From positions 7,498 to 71,497 of the forward strand of contig NZ_JACDCW010000002.1 in assembly GCF_013817345.1 (NCBI RefSeq): a stretch of DNA of 64,000 nt. Reading direction: 5' to 3'. Below are positions 41,301 to 54,556 of the stretch, piece by piece. Every line of letters begins with the position of its first letter. The first letter of the stretch is position 1. This stretch comes from Methylibium sp. (lineage in GTDB: Bacteria > Pseudomonadota > Gammaproteobacteria > Burkholderiales > Burkholderiaceae_C). Made by a program: the position numbers and the translations under genes. The notes below the pieces were generated by a model. That model worked only from the letters and a program-made list of their open reading frames with translations. It was not told the origin of the DNA and did no database searches.

Positions 41301-42193
41301 ACCAAGATGCCACCCCAGCAACGGCTGAGACGCGCCCCGAGCGCAGCGCCTTCCGCAACCTGCACCGCCTGCGTGTGCGGTGGGCCGAGGTCGACATGCA
41401 GGGCATCGTCTTCAACGGGCACTACCTGATGTACTTCGACACCGCCGTGGCCGACTACTGGCGAGCGCTGGCGCTGCCCTACACCGAGTCGATGCAGGCC
41501 TTCGGCGGTGATCTCTACGTGCGCAAGGCCACGCTCGACTACCACGCCTCGGCCCGTTACGACGACGTCCTCGACATCGGCATCCGCTGCGCGCGCGCCG
41601 GCACCACCTCGCTGCTGCTGGCGGGCGCCGTGTTCCGTCAGGATGAATTGCTCGCCGCCGGCGAGCTGGTCTATGTGTTCGCCGACCCGGCTACACAGAA
41701 AAGCAAGCCGCTGCCTCAGCCGCTGCGCGAGGTGCTGCAAGCCTTCGATGACGGCGAGCCGATGCTCTCGGTCCGCACGGGCACCTGGGACGAGCTCGGC
41801 GCCGACGCGCGAGCGATTCGCACCGAGGTCTTCGTGCAGGAGCAGCACATCCCCGCCGAACTCGAATGGGACGAGGCCGACAGCGCCTGCGTGCACGCCG
41901 TGGCCTACAACCGCATCGGCGCGGCGCTGGCCACCGGCCGGCTGCTCGAGCACGTACCCGGGGTGGGCAAGATTGGACGCATGGCAGTGCGCCAGCCGCT
42001 GCGCGGCGCAGGCGCCGGTCGGCTCGTGCTCGGGGCACTGATGCAGGCCGCGCGAGAACGCGGTGAAACCGAGGTGCTGCTGCATGCGCAAACCTCGGCG
42101 GTTGCCTTCTACGCGCGTTGCGGTTTCGTTGCGCGTGGGCCGGAGTTCCTCGATGCCGGCATCGCCCATGTGGAGATGATGCGTGGGCTGTGA
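41297..42193 (+). CDS. YbgC/FadM-type acyl-CoA thioesterase fused to a GNAT acetyltransferase
   Basis: N-terminal RVRWAEVDMQGIVFNGHYLMYFD; C-terminal IRTEVFVQEQ, IGRMAV....RG.G.G and FLDAGIAHVEM (ElaA/YjcF-like). Confidence 0.88.
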   Translation: MNQDATPATAETRPERSAFRNLHRLRVRWAEVDMQGIVFNGHYLMYFDTAVADYWRALALPYTESMQAFGGDLYVRKATLDYHASARYDDVLDIGIRCARAGTTSLLLAGAVFRQDELLAAGELVYVFADPATQKSKPLPQPLREVLQAFDDGEPMLSVRTGTWDELGADARAIRTEVFVQEQHIPAELEWDEADSACVHAVAYNRIGAALATGRLLEHVPGVGKIGRMAVRQPLRGAGAGRLVLGALMQAARERGETEVLLHAQTSAVAFYARCGFVARGPEFLDAGIAHVEMMRGL

Positions 42194-42316
42194 GCGGTGC
42201 CGCAGAGCGCGCCCGCCGGGAGCGATGGCCGATGTGCGCGATGTTCAACGCGGCCGGGCCGGCGCGGCAATCCACGGGTTCGGGATCGCAACAGACAAGT
42301 AATCGGAGGCCTCGCC

Positions 42317-42680
42317 ATGCTGACTTCATTGCCTTGGCGCCATGGACGCGCGGTGTTCGCTGGCGTCTGTGTCTGGCTGGGCGCTACCAGCCAGCGCGCC
42401 GGCGGCGCATGCCGCGACAGCCGAAGCGTGGGCGGCCCACGAGCGGGAAGTGACGGCTGCGTGCGTCGCGGCCAGCGCGCTGCAAGGCGCCCGCGCGGCA
42501 GGCCAGCCGATCGAGTTCGACGATGGCACGGGCATCACCGCGCTGCTGATCACCGGCCGCCATGCCGCCGGGCACATGGACGCAAGGCGTGCCCGCGAAC
42601 TGTGCCTGTTCGACAAGCGAAGCCGCACGGCGGCCGTGTCGCCGGCCGATTCGCTCTTCACGCCGCTGAGCCGACCCTGA
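42317..42680 (+). pseudogene. Conserved-looking secreted hypothetical protein with a probable +1 frameshift in the signal peptide
   Basis: GGAGG RBS and ATG at 42317 give MLTSLPWRHGRAVFAGVCVWL. Removing one G at 42379-42381 joins this to ALPASAPAAHA-ATAEAWAAHEREVTAACVAAS...ELCLFDKRSR. An intact shorter ORF from 42342 is the alternative. Confidence 0.5.
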
Positions 42681-42778
42681 TCCCCGTGGAGGCTGGCCGG
42701 TGCAGTCGTTTCGGGCTGGCCGCGAGATCAGAGGCCAGCACCGAAGCCGCGGGCCGTCGCTGCGCGCGATGTGCTCCG

Positions 42779-43231
42779 TCAGCGCGCCGCCGGCCTCACG
42801 CCCTTGAACTCGATCTCGGCGCGCCGGTTCTCGGCCCGGCCGGTGGCGTTGTCGTTGGCCGCCACCGGCACGGCGGCGGCCTTGCCGTCGGTGGCGATGA
42901 TGGTCGGGTCGACTCCCTTGCCGACCAGAAAGTCCTTGATGGCCTGCGCGCGGCGGACCGACAGACCCTCGTTGTATTCCTCGGGGCCGATGCTGTCGGT
43001 GTGGCCCGTGGCGGTCACGCTTTGCCAGGTGACGTCCTCTAGCTTGTGGACCTCTGTGAGGATGTCTTCGCCGTCGTTCGAGCGCACGCTGGCCTGGTCG
43101 AAACCGAAATTGGCCACCGTGCGCACGGTGACCGGCTCCACCGCCACGCCTGCGGCGGGCTGGGCGGCGGCGGGTGCGCACAGGGCGGCGCTCAGCGCGA
43201 GCGTCAACGGGGTGGCGATGCGGATCTTCAT
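42779..43231 (-). CDS. Secreted OmpA-like peptidoglycan-binding domain protein
   Basis: Signal peptide; NFGFDQASV, GHTDSIG.EEYNEGLSVRRA, GKAAAVPVAANDNATGRAENRRAEI; start overlaps the upstream stop (ATGA). Confidence 0.92.
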   Translation of the reverse strand: MKIRIATPLTLALSAALCAPAAAQPAAGVAVEPVTVRTVANFGFDQASVRSNDGEDILTEVHKLEDVTWQSVTATGHTDSIGPEEYNEGLSVRRAQAIKDFLVGKGVDPTIIATDGKAAAVPVAANDNATGRAENRRAEIEFKGVRPAAR

Positions 43232-45912
43232 GTCGGGCTCCTTTCGGGAGGTGGTGAGGAATGGCCTGTTCGGGCCGGGGGGTTGGGCCGCTGATCGCGG
43301 TCCGGGTTCGTGCATTCGCTGAATCCTTCGGCCGCCGCGGCTGAATACGGCCAGCCGGTTTCGAGCCGCAGGCCGGGCTGCACGGTGCGCCATTGCGGAT
43401 CGCCTTCGCGCTGCAGCGTGGGCAGGGCGCCGCACAGCCCGCGGGCGAAGTCGCGGAGCCGTTCGGCTCGAGCTTCGCTGGCCGGCGGAGCGGAGACCAG
43501 GAAAGACATGACGCCCAGCGTCGGCGTTTGCGCCGCTGCGCCGCCTTGCAGGCTTGTAGTGATCGGCAAGAACGCCTGCAGCGCCCGGCGGCTTGCCGGG
43601 TGTTCGCGGTCCAGGGCCAGCAGCTTCAGATCCGCTGTGGCGGGTACCGGCCGCGACGGTGGAAAGATGTCGCCGACGACGACCATCACGTCGATGCTGC
43701 GCTCGACGACAAGCTGCCGCAGCGCCGCGTCCGGTGCCAGTTCGCTCGTCTGGTCCGGCGCGAGCGGCTGGCCGAACAGGCGCCGGTAGACGGTGGCGGC
43801 GGTCAGGCTGCCGGCGCTTTCGGCCGGGCCGATGTTGATCCTGCGGTCCACGATCTCATGGATGAAGCGCAGCGGCGAGTCGGCCGGCACGAGGAAGTGG
43901 AGGGCGTCGGTGTGCAGCGGCGTAATGATTTCCAGCGGGATCGGCGCCGGCACCTGCCGCGCGGCCTGCAGCGCGTCGTAGCGCACGATCGCCAGCCGTG
44001 CCCCGCCATCCAGCCCTGCCAGCGAGGCGGCCCAGTCCACCGACGACAGCCCGCCGACGTCGATGCCGGCTGCGGGGGGCATGGCGCGAGCCAGCTGGCC
44101 GACCAGACGCCGATCGGCGGCGGCGTCGAGGTCGGTGGCGATCTCGAGCCGGGGGCGGGCGGGCGGGGCGGGCGGCCTGACTTCAGCGTCAGCGGGCGGT
44201 GCCGAGGGGACGGTCGCCTCGGTGAGGGCTTCGAGCGGTGGCCCGGGCGCGGACGGGTCCGCCTGCGGCACCGTGTCGGGAGCGCTGGTCACGGGTCCGG
44301 CGCCCGGCTTGCCGGTCAGCGGGCCGGGGCGGCCGGCGGGCTCGGCCAAGATCTCGTCAGGCGGCTCGGGCGCTTCGGGGACAGGTGAGACGACGGGCGG
44401 AAGGGTTACTTCGGGTACCGAAGGAATGCTGCCCGGCGGGTTGGCGGGCTCGATCAGGAAAAGCACAGCGCTCAGGGCCACGGGCAAGGCAAGCCACGGC
44501 ACCCAGCGCCGCAGCATCGGGCTTCGCCGTGAAACGGTGCCGGCCGCGCTGCCCGGCGGTGCCGGCGCCGACTCTGGCGTTGGGGGTGTGGGCGTCGACA
44601 GGGGTGTAGTGCCGGCGTCCAGCCAGGGCTCGCGGGCGCCGCTCACGCCGGGCGCGGCGGCGGCGAAGGCCGCTTCGTCGGCGGAGTCGATGGGCTGGGT
44701 GCCGCCACTGAACCCCGACGGCAATTCGGCGCGGCTCTCAGGGGCTGGCGCCGCGTCGGCCGGTACTGCGGCGGCGAGGGGCGCGAGGGATTGGGCGGAC
44801 ACCGCCGGCCGTTCGCGCACAGCTGCCTGCGCTGTGAAGGCAAAGGTGGCGCGGGCAGATGCAGATGCAGATGCAGATGCAGATGCAGATGCAGGTGCAG
44901 GTGCAGGTGCAGGTGCAGGTGCAGGTGCAGGTGCAGGTGCAGGTGCAGGTGCAGGTGCAGGTGCAGGAACGGTCGGGACGACAACCTCGGCTTTGCCGCT
45001 AGGCGGCGCCCACTCGTCATCGCCGGGCCGGGCGGTGCGAGCGAGCACCGCCTCGATGGCCGCATAAACCTGATCGGTCTTCGCCGCCCTTGGCACAGCG
45101 GAAGTTTCGCCGGCCCTCGACGCGCCGAGTCTCCTGAAGGTCGGCCGGGCCGGTGCCGCTTCTGAAGCCTCTGCCAGCCGCGCACCATTGGCCGGAAGCT
45201 GCGCGCGCCGCAGGTCGGACGCCGGCGCGAGCTCAAGGCGGTTCGGGTCGAAGCCGGGAATGCGCCGGCACAGGCGCGCCATCAGCGGCTCGGCCTCGTC
45301 GCGCAGGGCGACCAGGAAGTTCACGCGCAGGTCGGGCCGGTTCACCGCCTGCACCAGCTCGTCGGTGAAGGCGCGCAGGTCGGGGCGCCGCGCCGCGCCG
45401 GCCAGACACTCCTCGAAGCGATCGAGCACGATCATCAGGCGCACGCCGGCCTGTTCGCACCAGGCGGCCAGCGTCTGCGCCATGCCGAAGCGTGATGGCG
45501 TCGTGGCTGGCGGCATGGCCAGCGCGTCTCGTACGTTGGCTTGTAGGCCGACCCAGGGCGGCGCCTCCCAGGCGTCGAAGAAGATCGCCACCTCCCGTTC
45601 GCCGCTGTCCGCCGCCACGTCGCCGGGACGACGCCCTTGCGCGCCGGCAAAGCGCAGAACCGGCCCGGATACAGGCCCGACCGCCGGTAACGGCTCGACG
45701 CGCGTGCGCGCGAGCAGCGGCAGCACGCCGGCGGTCAGCAGCGCCGTTTTGCCGGCCCCGGCGCTTCCATACAGCACGGTGAGCCGCGACGAACGCATGC
45801 GGCCGACCAGCAGGAGCGCCTGATCGGTATCGGCATCGCGTCGGGAATTGGAAGCGGCGGGCCAGCGTGCGCTGATGGTCACGGGAAGGGGACGGGTTCG
45901 GTAGAGCCTCAC
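43228..45912 (-). CDS. STAND-like (nSTAND1-type) NTPase - linker - TM - TAXI-type solute-binding domain fusion
   Basis: Walker A LYGSAGAGKT (~45745-45775), Walker B LMIVLDRFEE (~45412-45440), sensor-like FLVALRD; one TM RRWVPWLALPVALSAVLFLI (~44450-44515); C-terminal PBP2/TAXI-like LAIVRYDAL, PLHTDALHFLVPADS, RINIGPAESAGSLTA and DVMVVVG. Confidence 0.75.
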   Translation of the reverse strand: MRLYRTRPLPVTISARWPAASNSRRDADTDQALLLVGRMRSSRLTVLYGSAGAGKTALLTAGVLPLLARTRVEPLPAVGPVSGPVLRFAGAQGRRPGDVAADSGEREVAIFFDAWEAPPWVGLQANVRDALAMPPATTPSRFGMAQTLAAWCEQAGVRLMIVLDRFEECLAGAARRPDLRAFTDELVQAVNRPDLRVNFLVALRDEAEPLMARLCRRIPGFDPNRLELAPASDLRRAQLPANGARLAEASEAAPARPTFRRLGASRAGETSAVPRAAKTDQVYAAIEAVLARTARPGDDEWAPPSGKAEVVVPTVPAPAPAPAPAPAPAPAPAPAPAPAPASASASASASASARATFAFTAQAAVRERPAVSAQSLAPLAAAVPADAAPAPESRAELPSGFSGGTQPIDSADEAAFAAAAPGVSGAREPWLDAGTTPLSTPTPPTPESAPAPPGSAAGTVSRRSPMLRRWVPWLALPVALSAVLFLIEPANPPGSIPSVPEVTLPPVVSPVPEAPEPPDEILAEPAGRPGPLTGKPGAGPVTSAPDTVPQADPSAPGPPLEALTEATVPSAPPADAEVRPPAPPARPRLEIATDLDAAADRRLVGQLARAMPPAAGIDVGGLSSVDWAASLAGLDGGARLAIVRYDALQAARQVPAPIPLEIITPLHTDALHFLVPADSPLRFIHEIVDRRINIGPAESAGSLTAATVYRRLFGQPLAPDQTSELAPDAALRQLVVERSIDVMVVVGDIFPPSRPVPATADLKLLALDREHPASRRALQAFLPITTSLQGGAAAQTPTLGVMSFLVSAPPASEARAERLRDFARGLCGALPTLQREGDPQWRTVQPGLRLETGWPYSAAAAEGFSECTNPDRDQRPNPPARTGHSSPPPERSPT
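44855..44968. repeat. Perfect hexanucleotide microsatellite (GCAGAT)6(GCAGGT)12
   Basis: Counted directly; on the minus strand it encodes a (PA)n(SA)n linker in the STAND-TAXI protein. Confidence 0.97.
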
Positions 45913-45954
45913 CCTTCACTACGGAGCGGCGCTGCCTGCAGATGCAGCGTTTCC

Positions 45955-45969
45955 GCATTTCATGGGCCA
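45955..45969 (-). promoter_or_regulatory. Possible sigma54 promoter for the STAND-TAXI/OmpA operon
   Basis: Minus strand TGGCCCATGAAATGC (GG-N10-GC), ~43 bp upstream of the GTG; imperfect -12 element. Confidence 0.3.
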
Positions 45970-46054
45970 TGTCCGGGCCCCGCTCGGCTCCGCCTCGAAT
46001 TGCCGAAGTCTGGGGCCAGCGGCCGACCCCCAGCCGCCGAGGCGCCGAGGCGCT

Positions 46055-48067
<2,013 letters not shown>

Positions 48068-48265
48068 GAGGGCGCGCAGCATACGCGATCGATGTCGCGC
48101 ACCGGCTCGCGCGGACATCGCCGCGCCGAAATTGCCGGTAGTGAAGAGATGATGACGTGAACTGCCGCGAGTCGATTGCCGGCGAGGTGGGCTACGGGGA
48201 TGCCGGCTTCTTCGGCCGGCTGTTTCGCCACGTCGGCATGACGCCAGCGCGGTACTGCAAGCGCT

Positions 48266-50343
<2,078 letters not shown>

Positions 50344-51522
50344 TCAAAGCGTGCCGAAGTTGGTCCGCCGATCGTCGGGCCGGACCTCGAGCGTGATCTC
50401 GGTGAAGGATGGGCCTTCGTCCTTCTCTTCCTTCTTCGCGATCAGCTTGGACTGCGCCGTGGTGTCGTTCTGAAGCCGCCACATGAGGTTGGTCGGCGAG
50501 TCGGCGTACGAGAGGCCTTCGTCACGCGTGATGGAGCCATCGCGGACCATGCGCGCCAGTTCGAACTCGAAGGTTTGCGATCCTTCCGCGAGCGACTGCT
50601 CCATGGCTTCCTTGACTGCCGAGAAGTCGCCCTGCGCAATGAGGTCTGCAATGAGCTTTGTGTTCAGCAGCACTTCGACCGCCGGCCGTCGGCCGCCGGC
50701 TGTCATGCGCACCAGGCGTTGAGAAACCACCGCCTTGAGCGCCGAGGCCAGATCGTTGAGCAAGGCCGGCCGGGCCTCGGGCGTATAAAAGCTCAGGATG
50801 CGGCCGAGCGCGTGGTAGCTGTTGTTGGCGTGCAGGGTCGAGACCACCAGGTGGCCCGACAGGGCATACGAGATCGCCGCGGTCATCGTCTCGCGGTCGC
50901 GGATCTCGCCGATCTGGATGCAGTCGGGTGCCTGGCGCAGCGCGTTCTTCAGGCCGATCTGCAGCGACTGCGTGTCGCGGCCGACCTCGCGCTGGTTGAC
51001 GATGGACTTCTTGTTGCTGAACAGGAACTCGATCGGGTCCTCGATGGTGAGGATGTGCCCGGGCAGGTTCTTGTTGCGGTGCTCGAGCATCGAGGCCAGC
51101 GTGGTGCTCTTGCCGGTGCCGGTCGCGCCAGCCAGCAGGATCAGCCCCCGCTTCGCGAGAATGAGCGACTCGAGGATGGGCGGCAGGCCGAGCGAATCGA
51201 GCGCGGGAATATCGACCGGGATGCAACGGAACACCGCGGCGATGCAGCCGCGCTGGCGAAATGCGCTGAGCCGAAAGCTGCCGACCTGCGAAATGCCGAC
51301 GCCGATGTTCAGCTCGCCAGTGTCTTCCAGCTCTTCCAACTGGGTCGGCGTGAGCAGCTCGGCCAGCAACTGGCGCGGTTGCTGGGGCGTGAGCGGCTGG
51401 TCGGACAGCGGCAGAAGCTGGCCGTTGATCTTGATCTGGATCGGCGCGTTGGCCGACAGGTAAACGTCCGAAGCCTTCTTCTCGGCCATCAGCCGCAGCA
51501 CGCGCTCCATGTTCCCGCTCAT
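50344..51522 (-). CDS. PilT/PilU-family type IV pilus ATPase (PilU-like)
   Basis: GATGTGKST, TIEDPIE, QREVG.DT, ALRQAPD, GEIRD and GHLVVSTLHANN. Confidence 0.92.
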   Translation of the reverse strand: MSGNMERVLRLMAEKKASDVYLSANAPIQIKINGQLLPLSDQPLTPQQPRQLLAELLTPTQLEELEDTGELNIGVGISQVGSFRLSAFRQRGCIAAVFRCIPVDIPALDSLGLPPILESLILAKRGLILLAGATGTGKSTTLASMLEHRNKNLPGHILTIEDPIEFLFSNKKSIVNQREVGRDTQSLQIGLKNALRQAPDCIQIGEIRDRETMTAAISYALSGHLVVSTLHANNSYHALGRILSFYTPEARPALLNDLASALKAVVSQRLVRMTAGGRRPAVEVLLNTKLIADLIAQGDFSAVKEAMEQSLAEGSQTFEFELARMVRDGSITRDEGLSYADSPTNLMWRLQNDTTAQSKLIAKKEEKDEGPSFTEITLEVRPDDRRTNFGTL

Positions 51523-51575
51523 CGCAGCCCTTTTCGCTGTTGTTCAGGCTCGCCGACCTGACCGCGCCGCGCACT

Positions 51576-52400
<825 letters not shown>

Positions 52401-52406
52401 GAAGGC

Positions 52407-53621
52407 TCAGACAGACTGTTCTTGGAGAAAGGAGACGATGCGCCGTGCCGCTTCGACGCACTCGTCGGCACCGGCCACCAGCGCCATGCGGATGCGCCCG
52501 CTGCCGGGGTTCACGCCGTGCGCTTCGCGCGCCAGATAGCTGCCCGGCAGGACCGCGACATTGTATTGAGCGAGCAGTTCGCGAGCGAAGGCGGTGTCGT
52601 CCCGGAGGCCGCCGTTCGCCGTCGAGCGCAACTTCGCCCAGAGATAGAAGCCGGCATCTGGCATGGCCACGTCCATCACCTCGGCGAGCATCGGCGTGAC
52701 GGCCTCGAACTTGTGCCGGTAGAGCGTGCGGTTCGCCTCGACATGCGCCTCGTCGTTCCACGCGGAGATGCTGGCGCGCTGCACCGCCGGCCCCATCGCC
52801 GCGCCGTGATAGGTGCGGTAGAGCAGGAAGCGTTCGAGGATGTGCGCGTCGCCGGCCACGAAACCGGACCGCAGCCCCGGCACGTTGGAGCGCTTGGACA
52901 AGCTGGTGAAGGCGATGAGCCGCTGGAAGCCGCTGCGCCCGAGCGCGACTGCGGCCTGCAGGCTGCCGAGCGGCGGCTCGCCGCGGATGTAGATCTCGGA
53001 ATAGCACTCGTCGGAAGCGATCACGAAGCCGTGGCGGTCGGACAGCTCAAACAATCGCTGCCATTGCGCCAAGTCCATCACTGCGCCCGTCGGGTTGCCC
53101 GGCGAGCAGACGTAGAGCAGTTGCGTGCGCGACCAGGTGGACTCGTCGATCGCCGCCCAGTCGATGGCGAAATTGCGCTCGGGGTCGCTGTTCGCGAAGC
53201 GCGTTTCGGCGCCGGCAAGCAGCGCGGCACCCTCGTAGATCTGGTAGAACGGATTCGGGCAGACGACGGTGGCGCCGGGGCGCGACGCGTCGATCACCGT
53301 TTGCGCCAGCGCGAACAAGGCCTCGCGCGAACCGTTGACCGGCAGCACCTGAGTGGCCGCATTCAGTGCCACGCCGTAGCGTCGCTGCACCCAGGCCGCG
53401 TAGGCTTCGCGCAGCGCCGGCTCACCGGCCGTGGCCGGGTAGCTCGCCAAACCGTCCAGCGCATCGGCAAGGGCCTGCTTGATGAAGCCAGGTGTCGGGT
53501 GTTTCGGCTCGCCGATGCCCAGGCTGATGGGCGAGAAATCGGGGTTGGGCCGGACGCCTCGCGTAAGGGTGCGCAGGCGCTCGAATGGGTAGGGCTGGAG
53601 CCGGTCGAGGAGGGGATTCAC
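52407..53621 (-). CDS. dapC: N-succinyldiaminopimelate aminotransferase
   Basis: LQPYPFE, GEPKH, GSREALF, NPFYQIYEGAA, DECYSE and SLSKRSNVPGLRSG. Confidence 0.95.
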   Translation of the reverse strand: MNPLLDRLQPYPFERLRTLTRGVRPNPDFSPISLGIGEPKHPTPGFIKQALADALDGLASYPATAGEPALREAYAAWVQRRYGVALNAATQVLPVNGSREALFALAQTVIDASRPGATVVCPNPFYQIYEGAALLAGAETRFANSDPERNFAIDWAAIDESTWSRTQLLYVCSPGNPTGAVMDLAQWQRLFELSDRHGFVIASDECYSEIYIRGEPPLGSLQAAVALGRSGFQRLIAFTSLSKRSNVPGLRSGFVAGDAHILERFLLYRTYHGAAMGPAVQRASISAWNDEAHVEANRTLYRHKFEAVTPMLAEVMDVAMPDAGFYLWAKLRSTANGGLRDDTAFARELLAQYNVAVLPGSYLAREAHGVNPGSGRIRMALVAGADECVEAARRIVSFLQEQSV

Positions 53622-53707
53622 GTGGGAATGATAGGAGAGGGCGCCAGCGTGAGCATGCGCTCTCTCTTGCACCCAGAGGCAGGAGCAGCTCGCGGTGCTC
53701 TCCCTTC

Positions 53708-54358
53708 TCACAGCCACAGCCAGCCGAGCACGAACAGCAGCGCCGCAGCAAAGGCATTGGCCAGTGTGACCGGCTTGTCGGCCATGCTCGCGTCCCAGCC
53801 ATCGACTGCGATCGGCTCCGCTTCACGCAGGCTCACCAGTTCGAGCTTCCAGCCGCGATGCAGCCGAGCCTGGAAGCGCGCGCTGGAGCGCAGCGCCAGA
53901 CGCGACGGCGCCGCGCAGACCAGGAACACGAAGTACTGCAGCGGCACGATCAGCAGCAGCCAGGCCAGCGCCGCAAGCACCAGCGCCACGGCCAGGACCA
54001 TGCTGCACAGCAGATCACCGAGCGGATGGCCGCCGGGCTGGTGCTCCGAGCGGAAGTGGCTGCCGAGCACATAGATCGGCAGACCGATCAACTGCAGGCA
54101 GGCGCCCAGATACTCCAGCGGCTGGGCCGACACCAGCCCGGTCTGCCGGTCGAGCCGGCCCCAGGCCGCGCCGAAGGCGGCGGTCGCCAGCGCGATCAGC
54201 GGGCCGGCCTGCACGTACCAGCGCAGATAGTCGGCGTCCCACAGCCACGCGAACAGCCAGGCGTTCAGGCCGGCGAGTCCGAGCAATGCGGCCAGGACCA
54301 GCAGCGTCGTCGGCCAGTACCGCTCCTCGATGTTCAGTGCGCTTCGGGTGGCGGGCAT
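53708..54358 (-). CDS. Hypothetical multi-pass membrane protein
   Basis: 216 aa with about 5 hydrophobic segments; AAGGAG RBS-like sequence upstream; no family recognised. Confidence 0.65.
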   Translation of the reverse strand: MPATRSALNIEERYWPTTLLVLAALLGLAGLNAWLFAWLWDADYLRWYVQAGPLIALATAAFGAAWGRLDRQTGLVSAQPLEYLGACLQLIGLPIYVLGSHFRSEHQPGGHPLGDLLCSMVLAVALVLAALAWLLLIVPLQYFVFLVCAAPSRLALRSSARFQARLHRGWKLELVSLREAEPIAVDGWDASMADKPVTLANAFAAALLFVLGWLWL

Positions 54359-54509
54359 CGCGGACTCCTTCGGCGCATTGAACGAAGTGCCACGTTAATG
54401 AGGCCGGCAAGCCGGGTCAATCCCGCGCGCCGCGGCTTGCCGGCGCCGCGTACCGTCTTAGCTCTTCGGCGGCATCCGCAACGTACAGGCTTGCCTCCGC
54501 GTGATTGCC

Positions 54510-54534
54510 TTGCGCACAATACTTTGCACACAAT
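54510..54534. promoter_or_regulatory. Candidate OhrR operator (tandem TTGCGCACAAT / TTGCACACAAT)
   Basis: Two 11-bp direct repeats differing at one base, 23 bp upstream of the ohrR-like ATG; they resemble proteobacterial ohr/ohrR operator sequences (recalled). Confidence 0.55.
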
Positions 54535-54556
54535 GCATTGCCCGCAGGGAGATTCG

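Noticed and set aside
44855-44968. Possible CRISPR or other spacer array
   Set aside because: Contiguous 6-bp units with no spacers; no cas genes or repeat-spacer structure anywhere in the window.
44643-45236. (His-Leu)n, (Arg-Cys)n and (Ala-Gly/Asp)n proteins in alternative frames
   Set aside because: By-products of the hexamer microsatellite. Only the frame carrying the NTPase and TAXI domains has recognisable content.
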